This document shows, in pieces, positions 1 through 13,400 of a DNA stretch of 64,000 nucleotides (position 1 is the stretch's first letter; every line of letters begins with the position of its first letter). The notes under the pieces are model-generated. The model ran no database searches and was not told the DNA's origin. It worked only from the letters and a program-made list of their open reading frames with translations. The stretch covers positions 3,162,001 through 3,226,000 of the forward strand of contig OZ059894.1 in NCBI GenBank assembly GCA_964057225.1. The letters are read 5' to 3'. The stretch comes from Auanema rhodensis. Lineage: Eukaryota > Animalia > Nematoda. The translations under genes were made by a program, and so were the position numbers.

Positions 1-148
1 CTAATGCATCATTTTTCAAACAATCATAACTAATTTTTGTATTAAGCGTTTTTCAATGTAGTATAGTGCATTCGATGCGGATTTTTAAGCTGCGTCGATC
101 TGTGTTATCCGATTTGCGCTAGCTGAAAAATGCACCGAGATATCAACT

Positions 149-170
149 GATATAAGTTCACACTTATATC
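149..170. other. Perfect 9-bp stem, 4-nt loop hairpin (repeated per monomer)
   Basis: GATATAAGT-TCAC-ACTTATATC. It is flanked by CGAG (136-139) / CTCG (171-174) and overlaps an alternative ATATCA-AC-TGATAT dyad (140-153). Confidence 0.9.
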
Positions 171-245
171 CTCGATTTTCACCCTGAAGAATTAATTTTT
201 TCGTTGAATAACATTGTCCATCGTCTTTGCCTTGAAAAAAAGAAT

Positions 246-315
246 CTAAAAACATCTACTTTTTGCTAAATTATTTTGAAATTTTTCGAAAAAATTTTTG
301 TCAAAATGTTTTTGG
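246..315. other. Nested AT-rich imperfect palindrome centred on TTTTTCGAAAAA (repeated per monomer)
   Basis: Perfect 12-bp palindrome at 282-293. Outer arms TTTTGA (274-279) / TCAAAA (301-306) and AAAAACA (248-254) / TGTTTTT (307-313). Confidence 0.8.
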
Positions 316-320
316 AAGCA

Positions 321-348
321 ATGTTGAGTGTACATGGAAACTCAACAT
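321..348. other. Perfect 9-bp stem, 10-nt loop hairpin (repeated per monomer)
   Basis: ATGTTGAGT-GTACATGGAA-ACTCAACAT. The stem is changed in only three monomers that I could see (starts 29006, 60121, 62577). Confidence 0.9.
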
Positions 349-1404
349 ACACTAATGCATCATTTTTCAAACGATCATAACTAATTTTTGTATTGAGCGT
401 TTTTCATTGTAGTATAGTGCATTCGATGCGGATTTTTAAGCTGCGTCGAGCTGTGTTATCAGATTTGCGCTAGCTTAAAAATGCACCGAGATATCAACTG
501 ATATAAGTTCACACATATATCCTCGATTTTCACCCTGAAGAATTAATTTTTTCGTTGAATAACATTGTCCATCGTCTTTGCCTTGAAAAAAGGAGTCTAA
601 AAACATCTACTTTTCGCTAAATTATTCTGAAGTTTTTCGAAAAAATTTTTGTCAAAATGTTTTTGGAAGCAATGTTGAGTGTACATGGAAACTCAACATA
701 CACTAATGCATCATTTTTCAAACAATCATAACTAATTTTTGTATTAAGCGTTTTTCAATGTAGTATAGTGCATTCGATGCGGATTTTTAAGCTGCGTCGA
801 TCTGTGTTATCCGATTTGCGCTAGCTGAAAAATGCACCGAGATATCAACTGATATAAGTTCACACTTATATCCTCGATTTTCACCCTGAAGAATTAATTT
901 TTTCGTTGAATAACATTGTCCATCGTCTTTGCCTTGAAAAAAAAAATCTAAAAACATCTACTTTTTGCTAAATTATTTTGAAATTTTTCGAAAAAATTTT
1001 TGTCAAAATGTTTTTGGAAGCAATGTTGAGTGTACATGGAAACTCAACATACACTAATGCATCATTTTTCAAACGATCATAACTAATTTTTGTATTGAGC
1101 GTTTTTCATTGTAGTATAGTGCATTCGATGCGGATTTTTAAGCTGCGTCGAGCTGTGTTATCAGATTTGCGCTAGCTTAAAAATGCACCGAGATATCAAC
1201 TGATATAAGTTCACACATATATCCTCGATTTTCACCCTGAAGAATTAATTTTTTCGTTGAATAACATTGTCCATCGTCTTTGCCTTGAAAAAAAGAATCT
1301 AAAAACATCTACTTTTTGCTAAATTATTTTGAAATTTTTCGAAAAAATTTTTGTCAAAATGTTTTTGGAAGCAATGTTGAGTGTACATGGAAACTCAACA
1401 TACA

Positions 1405-4400
1405 CTAATGCATCATTTTTCAAACGATCATAACTAATTTTTGTATTGAGCGTTTTTCATTGTAGTATAGTGCATTCGATGCGGATTTTTAAGCTGCGTC
1501 GAGCTGTGTTATCAGATTTGCGCTAGCTTAAAAATGCACCGAGATATCAACTGATATAAGTTCACACATATATCCTCGATTTTCACCCTGAAGAATTAAT
1601 TTTTTCGTTGAATAACATTGTCCATCGTCTTTGCCTTGAAAAAAGGAATCTAAAAACATCTACTTTTCGCTAAATTATTTTGAAATTTTTCGAAAAAATT
1701 TTTGTCAAAATGTTTTTGGAAGCAATGTTGAGTGTACATGGAAACTCAACATACACTAATGCATCATTTTTCAAACGATCATAACTAATTTTTGTATTAA
1801 GCGTTTTTCAATGTAGTATAGTGCGATCGATGCGGATTTTTAAGCTGCGTCGATCTGTGTTATCAGATTTGCGCTAGCTTAAAAATGCACCGAGATATCA
1901 ACTGATATAAGTTCACACTTATATCCTCGATTTTCACCCTGAAGAATTAATTTTTTCGTTGAATAACATTGTCCATCGTCTTTGCCTTGAAAAAAGGAAT
2001 CTAAAAACATCTACTTTTCGCTAAATTATTTTGAAATTTTTCGAAAAAATTTTTGTCAAAATGTTTTTGGAAGCAATGTTGAGTGTACATGGAAACTCAA
2101 CATACACTAATGCATCATTTTTCAAACGATCATAACTAATTTTTGTATTAAGCGTTTTTCAATGTAGTATAGTGCATTCGATGCGGATTTTCAAGCTGCG
2201 TCGATCTGTGTTATCAGATTTGCGCTAGCTTAAAAATGCACCGATATATCAACTGATAAAAGTTCACACTTATATCCTCGATTTTCACCCTGAAGAATTA
2301 ATTTTTTCGATGAATAACATTGTCCATCGTCTTTGCCTTGAAAAAAGGAATCTAAAAACATCTACTTTTCGCTAAATTATTTGAAATTTTTCGAAAAAAT
2401 TTTTGTCAAAATGTTTTTGGAAGCAATGTTGAGTGTACATGGAAACTCAACATACACTAATGCATCATTTTTCAAACGATCATAACTAATTTTTGTATTA
2501 AGCGTTTTTCAATGTAGTATAGTGCATTCGATGCGGATTTTTAAGCTGCCTCGATCTGTGTTATCCGATTTGCGCTAGCTGAAAAATGCACCGAGATATC
2601 AACTGATATAAGTTCACACTTATATCCTCGATTTTCACCCTGAAGAATTAATTTTTTCGTTGAATAACATTGTCCATCGTCTTTGCATTGAAAAAAGGAA
2701 TCTAAAAACATCTACTTTTTGCTAAATTATTTTGAAATTTTTCGAAAAAATTTTTGTCAAAATGTTTTTGGAAGCAATGTTGAGTGTACATGGAAACTCA
2801 ACATACACTAATGCATCATTTTTCAAACGATCATAACTAATTTTTGTATTAAGCGTTTTTCAATGTAGTATAGTGCATTCGATGCGGATTTTCAAGCTGC
2901 GTCGATCTGTGTTATCAGATTTGCGCTAGCTTAAAAATGCACCGAGATATCAACTGATATAAGTTCACACTTATATCCTCGATTTTCACACTGAAGAATT
3001 AATTTTTTCGTTGAATAACATTGTCCATCGCCTTTGCCTTGAAAAAAGGAATCTAAAAACATCTACTTTTCGCTAAATTATTTTGAAATTTTTCGAAAAA
3101 ATTTTTGTCAAAATGTTTTTGGAAGCAATGTTGAGTGTACATGGAAACTCAACATACACTAATGCATCATTTTTCAAACGATCATAACTAATTTTTGTAT
3201 TAAGCGTTTTTTAATGTAGTATAGTGCATTCGATGCGGATTTTTAAGCTGCGTCGATCTGTGTTATCAGATTTGCGCTAGCTTAAAAATGCACCGAGATA
3301 TCAACTGATATAAGTTCACACTTATATCCTCGATTTTCACCCTGAAGAAATAATTTTTTCGTTGAATAACATTGTCCATCGTCTTTGCCTTGAAAAAAAG
3401 AATCTAAAAACATCTACTTTTCGCTAAATTATTTTGAAATTTTTCGAAAAAATTTTTGTCAAAATGTTTTTGGAAGCAATGTTGAGTGTACATGGAAACT
3501 CAACATACACTAATGCATCATTTTTCAAACGATCATAACTAATTTTTGTATTGAGCGTTTTTCAATGTAGTATAGTGCATTCGATGCGGATTTTCAAGCT
3601 GCGTCGATCTGTGTTATCAGATTTGCGCTAGCTTAAAAATGCACCGATATATCAACTGATAAAAGTTCACACTTATATCCTCGATTTTCACCCTGAAGAA
3701 TTAATTTTTTCGATGAATAACATTGTCCATCGTCTTTGCCTTGAAAAAAGGAATCTAAAAACATCTACTTTTCGCTAAATTATTTTGAAATTTTTCGAAA
3801 AAATTTTTGTCAAAATGTTTTTGGAAGCAATGTTGAGTGTACATGGAAACTCAACATACACTAATGCATCATTTTTCAAACGATCATAACTAATTTTTGT
3901 ATTAAGCGTTTTTCAATGTAGTATAGTGCATTCGATGCGGATTTTTAAGCTGCCTCGATCTGTGTTATCCGATTTGCGCTAGCTGAAAAATGCACCGAGA
4001 TATCAACTGATATAAGTTCACACTTATATCCTCGATTTTCACCCTGAAGAATTAATTTTTTCGTTGAATAACATTGTCCATCGTCTTTGCATTGAAAAAA
4101 AGAATCTAAAAACATCTACTTTTTGCTAAATTATTTTGAAATTTTTCGAAAAAATTTTTGTCAAAATGTTTTTGGAAGCAATGTTGAGTGTACATGGAAA
4201 CTCAACATACACTAATGCATCATTTTTCAAACGATCATAACTAATTTTTGTATTAAGCGTTTTTCAATGTAGTATAGTGCATTCGATGCGGATTTTCAAG
4301 CTGCGTCGATCTGTGTTATCAGATTTGCGCTAGCTTAAAAATGCACCGAGATATCAACTGATATAAGTTCACACTTATATCCTCGATTTTCACCCTGAAG

Positions 4401-7400
4401 AATTAATTTTTTCGTTGAATAACATTGTCCATCGCCTTTGCCTTGAAAAAAGGAATCTAAAAACATCTACTTTTCGCTAAATTATTTTGAAATTTTTCGA
4501 AAAAATTTTTGTCAAAATGTTTTTGGAAGCAATGTTGAGTGTACATGGAAACTCAACATACACTAATGCATCATTTTTCAAACGATCATAACTAATTTTT
4601 GTATTAAGCGTTTTTTAATGTAGTATAGTGCATTCGATGCGGATTTTTAAGCTGCGTCGATCTGTGTTATCAGATTTGCGCTAGCTTAAAAATGCACCGA
4701 GATATCAACTGAAATAAGTTCACACTTATATCCTCGATTTTCACCCTGAAGAATTAATTTTTTCGTTGAATAACATTGTCCATCGTCTTTGCCTTGAAAA
4801 AAAGAATCTAAAAACATCTACTTTTCGCTAAATTATTTTGAAATTTTTCGAAAAAATTTTTGTCAAAATGTTTTTGGAAGCAATGTTGAGTGTACATGGA
4901 AACTCAACATACACTAATGCATCATTTTTCAAACGATCATAACTAATTTTTGTATTAAGCGTTTTTCAATGTAGTATAGTGCATTCGATGCGGATTTTCA
5001 AGCTGCGTCGATCTGTGTTATCAGATTTGCGCTAGCTTAAAAATGCACCGATATATCAACTGATAAAAGTTCACACTTATATCCTCGATTTTCACCCTGA
5101 AGAATTAATTTTTTCGATGAATAACATTGTCCATCGTCTTTGCCTTGAAAAAAGGAATCTAAAAACATCTACTTTTCGCTAAATTATTTTGAAATTTTTC
5201 GAAAAAATTTTTGTCAAAATGTTTTTGGAAGCAATGTTGAGTGTACATGGAAACTCAACATACACTAATGCATCATTTTTCAAACGATCATAACTAATTT
5301 TTGTATTAAGCGTTTTTCAATGTAGTATAGTGCATTCGATGCGGATTTTCAAGCTGCGTCGATCTGTGTTATCAGATTTGCGCTAGCTTAAAAATGCACC
5401 GATATATCAACTGATAAAAGTTCACACTTATATCCTCGATTTTCACCCTGAAGAATTAATTTTTTCGATGAATAACATTGTCCATCGTCTTTGCCTTGAA
5501 AAAAGGAATCTAAAAACATCTACTTTTCGCTAAATTATTTGAAATTTTTCGAAAAAATTTTTGTCAAAATGTTTTTGGAAGCAATGTTGAGTGTACATGG
5601 AAACTCAACATACACTAATGCATCATTTTTCAAACGATCATAACTAATTTTTGTATTAAGCGTTTTTCAATGTAGTATAGTGCATTCGATGCGGATTTTT
5701 AAGCTGCCTCGATCTGTGTTATCCGATTTGCGCTAGCTGAAAAATGCACCGAGATATCAACTGATATAAGTTCACACTTATATCCTCGATTTTCACCCTG
5801 AAGAATTAATTTTTTCGTTGAATAACATTGTCCATCGTCTTTGCATTGAAAAAAGGAATCTAAAAACATCTACTTTTTGCTAAATTATTTTGAAATTTTT
5901 CGAAAAAATTTTTGTCAAAATGTTTTTGGAAGCAATGTTGAGTGTACATGGAAACTCAACATACACTAATGCATCATTTTTCAAACGATCATAACTAATT
6001 TTTGTATTAAGCGTTTTTCAATGTAGTATAGTGCATTCGATGCGGATTTTCAAGCTGCGTCGATCTGTGTTATCAGATTTGCGCTAGCTTAAAAATGCAC
6101 CGAGATATCAACTGATATAAGTTCACACTTATATCCTCGATTTTCACCCTGAAGAATTAATTTTTTCGATGAATAACATTGTCCATCGTCTTTGCCTTGA
6201 AAAAAGGAATCTAAAAACATCTACTTTTCGCTAAATTATTTTGAAATTTTTCGAAAAAATTTTTGTCAAAATGTTTTTGGAAGCAATGTTGAGTGTACAT
6301 GGAAACTCAACATACACTAATGCATCATTTTTCAAACGATCATAACTAATTTTTGTATTAAGCGTTTTTCAATGTAGTATAGTGCATTCGATGCGGATTT
6401 TCAAGCTGCGTCGATCTGTGTTATCAGATTTGCGCTAGCTTAAAAATGCACCGATATATCAACTGATAAAAGTTTACACTTATATCCTCGATTTTCACCC
6501 TGAAGAATTAATTTTTTCGATGAATAACATTGTCCATCGTCTTTGCCTTGAAAAAAGGAATCTAAAAACATCTACTTTTCGCTAAATTATTTGAAATTTT
6601 TCGAAAAAATTTTTGTCAAAATGTTTTTGGAAGCAATGTTGAGTGTACATGGAAACTCAACATACACTAATGCATCATTTTTCAAACGATCATAACTAAT
6701 TTTTGTATTGAGCGTTTTTCATTGTAGTATAGTGCATTCGATGCGGATTTTTAAGCTGCGTCGAGCTGTGTTATCAGATTTGCGCTAGCTTAAAAATGCA
6801 CCGAGATATCAACTGATATAAGTTCACACATATATCCTCGATTTTCACCCTGAAGAATTAATTTTTTCGTTGAATAACATTGTCCATCGTCTTTGCCTTG
6901 AAAAAAGGAATCTAAAAACATCTACTTTTCGCTAAATTATTTTGAAATTTTTCGAAAAAATTTTTGTCAAAATGTTTTTGGAAGCAATGTTGAGTGTACA
7001 TGGAAACTCAACATACACTAATGCATCATTTTTCAAACGATCATAACTAATTTTTGTATTAAGCGTTTTTCAATGTAGTATAGTGCGATCGATGCGGATT
7101 TTTAAGCTGCGTCGATCTGTGTTATCAGATTTGCGCTAGCTTAAAAATGCACCGAGATATCAACTGATATAAGTTCACACTTATATCCTCGATTTTCACC
7201 CTGAAGAATTAATTTTTTCGTTGAATAACATTGTCCATCGTCTTTGCCTTGAAAAAAGGAATCTAAAAACATCTACTTTTCGCTAAATTATTTTGAAATT
7301 TTTCGAAAAAATTTTTGTCAAAATGTTTTTGGAAGCAATGTTGAGTGTACATGGAAACTCAACATACACTAATGCATCATTTTTCAAACGATCATAACTA

Positions 7401-10400
7401 ATTTTTGTATTAAGCGTTTTTCAATGTAGTATAGTGCATTCGATGCGGATTTTCAAGCTGCGTCGATCTGTGTTATCAGATTTGCGCTAGCTTAAAAATG
7501 CACCGATATATCAACTGATAAAAGTTCACACTTATATCCTCGATTTTCACCCTGAAGAATTAATTTTTTCGATGAATAACATTGTCCATCGTCTTTGCCT
7601 TGAAAAAAGGAATCTAAAAACATCTACTTTTCGCTAAATTATTTGAAATTTTTCGAAAAAATTTTTGTCAAAATGTTTTTGGAAGCAATGTTGAGTGTAC
7701 ATGGAAACTCAACATACACTAATGCATCATTTTTCAAACGATCATAACTAATTTTTGTATTAAGCGTTTTTCAATGTAGTATAGTGCATTCGATGCGGAT
7801 TTTTAAGCTGCCTCGATCTGTGTTATCCGATTTGCGCTAGCTGAAAAATGCACCGAGATATCAACTGATATAAGTTCACACTTATATCCTCGATTTTCAC
7901 CCTGAAGAATTAATTTTTTCGTTGAATAACATTGTCCATCGTCTTTGCATTGAAAAAAGGAATCTAAAAACATCTACTTTTTGCTAAATTATTTTGAAAT
8001 TTTTCGAAAAAATTTTTGTCAAAATGTTTTTGGAAGCAATGTTGAGTGTACATGGAAACTCAACATACACTAATGCATCATTTTTCAAACGATCATAACT
8101 AATTTTTGTATTAAGCGTTTTTCAATGTAGTATAGTGCATTCGATGCGGATTTTCAAGCTGCGTCGATCTGTGTTATCAGATTTGCGCTAGCTTAAAAAT
8201 GCACCGAGATATCAACTGATATAAGTTCACACTTATATCCTCGATTTTCACACTGAAGAATTAATTTTTTCGTTGAATAACATTGTCCATCGCCTTTGCC
8301 TTGAAAAAAGGAATCTAAAAACATCTACTTTTCGCTAAATTATTTTGAAATTTTTCGAAAAAATTTTTGTCAAAATGTTTTTGGAAGCAATGTTGAGTGT
8401 ACATGGAAACTCAACATACACTAATGCATCATTTTTCAAACGATCATAACTAATTTTTGTATTAAGCGTTTTTTAATGTAGTATAGTGCATTCGATGCGG
8501 ATTTTTAAGCTGCGTCGATCTGTGTTATCAGATTTGCGCTAGCTTAAAAATGCACCGAGATATCAACTGATATAAGTTCACACTTATATCCTCGATTTTC
8601 ACCCTGAAGAAATAATTTTTTCGTTGAATAACATTGTCCATCGTCTTTGCCTTGAAAAAAAGAATCTAAAAACATCTACTTTTCGCTAAATTATTTTGAA
8701 ATTTTTCGAAAAAATTTTTGTCAAAATGTTTTTGGAAGCAATGTTGAGTGTACATGGAAACTCAACATACACTAATGCATCATTTTTCAAACGATCATAA
8801 CTAATTTTTGTATTGAGCGTTTTTCAATGTAGTATAGTGCATTCGATGCGGATTTTCAAGCTGCGTCGATCTGTGTTATCAGATTTGCGCTAGCTTAAAA
8901 ATGCACCGATATATCAACTGATAAAAGTTCACACTTATATCCTCGATTTTCACCCTGAAGAATTAATTTTTTCGATGAATAACATTGTCCATCGTCTTTG
9001 CCTTGAAAAAAGGAATCTAAAAACATCTACTTTTCGCTAAATTATTTTGAAATTTTTCGAAAAAATTTTTGTCAAAATGTTTTTGGAAGCAATGTTGAGT
9101 GTACATGGAAACTCAACATACACTAATGCATCATTTTTCAAACGATCATAACTAATTTTTGTATTAAGCGTTTTTCAATGTAGTATAGTGCATTCGATGC
9201 GGATTTTTAAGCTGCCTCGATCTGTGTTATCCGATTTGCGCTAGCTGAAAAATGCACCGAGATATCAACTGATATAAGTTCACACTTATATCCTCGATTT
9301 TCACCCTGAAGAATTAATTTTTTCGTTGAATAACATTGTCCATCGTCTTTGCATTGAAAAAAAGAATCTAAAAACATCTACTTTTTGCTAAATTATTTTG
9401 AAATTTTTCGAAAAAATTTTTGTCAAAATGTTTTTGGAAGCAATGTTGAGTGTACATGGAAACTCAACATACACTAATGCATCATTTTTCAAACGATCAT
9501 AACTAATTTTTGTATTAAGCGTTTTTCAATGTAGTATAGTGCATTCGATGCGGATTTTCAAGCTGCGTCGATCTGTGTTATCAGATTTGCGCTAGCTTAA
9601 AAATGCACCGAGATATCAACTGATATAAGTTCACACTTATATCCTCGATTTTCACCCTGAAGAATTAATTTTTTCGTTGAATAACATTGTCCATCGCCTT
9701 TGCCTTGAAAAAAGGAATCTAAAAACATCTACTTTTCGCTAAATTATTTTGAAATTTTTCGAAAAAATTTTTGTCAAAATGTTTTTGGAAGCAATGTTGA
9801 GTGTACATGGAAACTCAACATACACTAATGCATCATTTTTCAAACGATCATAACTAATTTTTGTATTAAGCGTTTTTTAATGTAGTATAGTGCATTCGAT
9901 GCGGATTTTTAAGCTGCGTCGATCTGTGTTATCAGATTTGCGCTAGCTTAAAAATGCACCGAGATATCAACTGAAATAAGTTCACACTTATATCCTCGAT
10001 TTTCACCCTGAAGAATTAATTTTTTCGTTGAATAACATTGTCCATCGTCTTTGCCTTGAAAAAAAGAATCTAAAAACATCTACTTTTCGCTAAATTATTT
10101 TGAAATTTTTCGAAAAAATTTTTGTCAAAATGTTTTTGGAAGCAATGTTGAGTGTACATGGAAACTCAACATACACTAATGCATCATTTTTCAAACGATC
10201 ATAACTAATTTTTGTATTAAGCGTTTTTCAATGTAGTATAGTGCATTCGATGCGGATTTTCAAGCTGCGTCGATCTGTGTTATCAGATTTGCGCTAGCTT
10301 AAAAATGCACCGATATATCAACTGATAAAAGTTCACACTTATATCCTCGATTTTCACCCTGAAGAATTAATTTTTTCGATGAATAACATTGTCCATCGTC

Positions 10401-13400
10401 TTTGCCTTGAAAAAAGGAATCTAAAAACATCTACTTTTCGCTAAATTATTTTGAAATTTTTCGAAAAAATTTTTGTCAAAATGTTTTTGGAAGCAATGTT
10501 GAGTGTACATGGAAACTCAACATACACTAATGCATCATTTTTCAAACGATCATAACTAATTTTTGTATTAAGCGTTTTTCAATGTAGTATAGTGCATTCG
10601 ATGCGGATTTTCAAGCTGCGTCGATCTGTGTTATCAGATTTGCGCTAGCTTAAAAATGCACCGATATATCAACTGATAAAAGTTCACACTTATATCCTCG
10701 ATTTTCACCCTGAAGAATTAATTTTTTCGATGAATAACATTGTCCATCGTCTTTGCCTTGAAAAAAGGAATCTAAAAACATCTACTTTTCGCTAAATTAT
10801 TTGAAATTTTTCGAAAAAATTTTTGTCAAAATGTTTTTGGAAGCAATGTTGAGTGTACATGGAAACTCAACATACACTAATGCATCATTTTTCAAACGAT
10901 CATAACTAATTTTTGTATTAAGCGTTTTTCAATGTAGTATAGTGCATTCGATGCGGATTTTTAAGCTGCCTCGATCTGTGTTATCCGATTTGCGCTAGCT
11001 GAAAAATGCACCGAGATATCAACTGATATAAGTTCACACTTATATCCTCGATTTTCACCCTGAAGAATTAATTTTTTCGTTGAATAACATTGTCCATCGT
11101 CTTTGCATTGAAAAAAGGAATCTAAAAACATCTACTTTTTGCTAAATTATTTTGAAATTTTTCGAAAAAATTTTTGTCAAAATGTTTTTGGAAGCAATGT
11201 TGAGTGTACATGGAAACTCAACATACACTAATGCATCATTTTTCAAACGATCATAACTAATTTTTGTATTAAGCGTTTTTTAATGTAGTATAGTGCATTC
11301 GATGCGGATTTTTAAGCTGCGTCGATCTGTGTTATCAGATTTGCGCTAGCTTAAAAATGCACCGAGATATCAACTGAAATAAGTTCACACTTATATCCTC
11401 GATTTTCACCCTGAAGAATTAATTTTTTCGTTGAATAACATTGTCCATCGTCTTTGCCTTGAAAAAAGGAATCTAAAAACATCTACTTTTCGCTAAATTA
11501 TTTTGAAATTTTTCGAAAAAATTTTTGTCAAAATGTTTTTGGAAGCAATGTTGAGTGTACATGGAAACTCAACATACACTAATGCATCATTTTTCAAACG
11601 ATCATAACTAATTTTTGTATTAAGCGTTTTTTAATGTAGTATAGTGCATTCGATGCGGATTTTTAAGCTGCGTCGATCTGTGTTATCAGATTTGCGCTAG
11701 CTTAAAAATGCACCGAGATATCAACTGAAATAAGTTCACACTTATATCCTCGATTTTCACCCTGAAGAATTAATTTTTTCGTTGAATAACATTGTCCATC
11801 GTCTTTGCCTTGAAAAAAAGAATCTAAAAACATCTACTTTTCGCTAAATTATTTTGAAATTTTTCGAAAAAATTTTTGTCAAAATGTTTTTGGAAGCAAT
11901 GTTGAGTGTACATGGAAACTCAACATACACTAATGCATCATTTTTCAAACGATCATAACTAATTTTTGTATTAAGCGTTTTTCAATGTAGTATAGTGCAT
12001 TCGATGCGGATTTTCAAGCTGCGTCGATCTGTGTTATCAGATTTGCGCTAGCTTAAAAATGCACCGATATATCAACTGATAAAAGTTCACACTTATATCC
12101 TCGATTTTCACCCTGAAGAATTAATTTTTTCGATGAATAACATTGTCCATCGTCTTTGCCTTGAAAAAAGGAATCTAAAAACATCTACTTTTCGCTAAAT
12201 TATTTTGAAATTTTTCGAAAAAATTTTTGTCAAAATGTTTTTGGAAGCAATGTTGAGTGTACATGGAAACTCAACATACACTAATGCATCATTTTTCAAA
12301 CGATCATAACTAATTTTTGTATTAAGCGTTTTTCAATGTAGTATAGTGCATTCGATGCGGATTTTCAAGCTGCGTCGATCTGTGTTATCAGATTTGCGCT
12401 AGCTTAAAAATGCACCGATATATCAACTGATAAAAGTTCACACTTATATCCTCGATTTTCACCCTGAAGAATTAATTTTTTCGATGAATAACATTGTCCA
12501 TCGTCTTTGCCTTGAAAAAAGGAATCTAAAAACATCTACTTTTCGCTAAATTATTTGAAATTTTTCGAAAAAATTTTTGTCAAAATGTTTTTGGAAGCAA
12601 TGTTGAGTGTACATGGAAACTCAACATACACTAATGCATCATTTTTCAAACGATCATAACTAATTTTTGTATTAAGCGTTTTTCAATGTAGTATAGTGCA
12701 TTCGATGCGGATTTTTAAGCTGCCTCGATCTGTGTTATCCGATTTGCGCTAGCTGAAAAATGCACCGAGATATCAACTGATATAAGTTCACACTTATATC
12801 CTCGATTTTCACCCTGAAGAATTAATTTTTTCGTTGAATAACATTGTCCATCGTCTTTGCATTGAAAAAAGGAATCTAAAAACATCTACTTTTTGCTAAA
12901 TTATTTTGAAATTTTTCGAAAAAATTTTTGTCAAAATGTTTTTGGAAGCAATGTTGAGTGTACATGGAAACTCAACATACACTAATGCATCATTTTTCAA
13001 ACGATCATAACTAATTTTTGTATTAAGCGTTTTTCAATGTAGTATAGTGCATTCGATGCGGATTTTCAAGCTGCGTCGATCTGTGTTATCAGATTTGCGC
13101 TAGCTTAAAAATGCACCGAGATATCAACTGATATAAGTTCACACTTATATCCTCGATTTTCACCCTGAAGAATTAATTTTTTCGATGAATAACATTGTCC
13201 ATCGTCTTTGCCTTGAAAAAAGGAATCTAAAAACATCTACTTTTCGCTAAATTATTTTGAAATTTTTCGAAAAAATTTTTGTCAAAATGTTTTTGGAAGC
13301 AATGTTGAGTGTACATGGAAACTCAACATACACTAATGCATCATTTTTCAAACGATCATAACTAATTTTTGTATTAAGCGTTTTTCAATGTAGTATAGTG

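Larger units (their letters stand above)
1..351. repeat. Representative satellite monomer (351 bp, ~31% GC, many A/T tracts)
   Basis: Hand count gives 109 G+C in 351 bp. Numerous A4-A7 and T4-T6 runs. The phase of the monomer is arbitrary. Confidence 0.97.

Noticed and set aside
110-125. Linked A110C + T125G variants as a compensatory base-pair change
   Set aside because: Positions 110 and 125 are not partners in any stem (their neighbours do not pair), and both changes weaken the 81-131 hairpin. Linkage by common descent is sufficient.
149-201. Rho-independent terminator (hairpin near T-runs)
   Set aside because: The stem is AT-rich, not directly followed by a U-tract, and has no upstream gene; the context is satellite-like.
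199-215. CENP-B box-like motif TTTCGTTGAATAACATT
   Set aside because: It matches the TTCG..A part of YTTCGTTGGAARCGGGA but lacks the essential CGGG, so it is not a supportable CENP-B box.
1-351. Tandem 5S rRNA, tRNA, snRNA or spliced-leader gene unit
   Set aside because: No recognisable 5S, cloverleaf, A/B-box or SL/Sm-site sequence on either strand by eye. An Infernal/Rfam scan would be the decisive test.
1-351. Monomer as a diverged dimer of ~175-bp subunits
   Set aside because: No convincing alignment between the two halves beyond shared A/T tracts.
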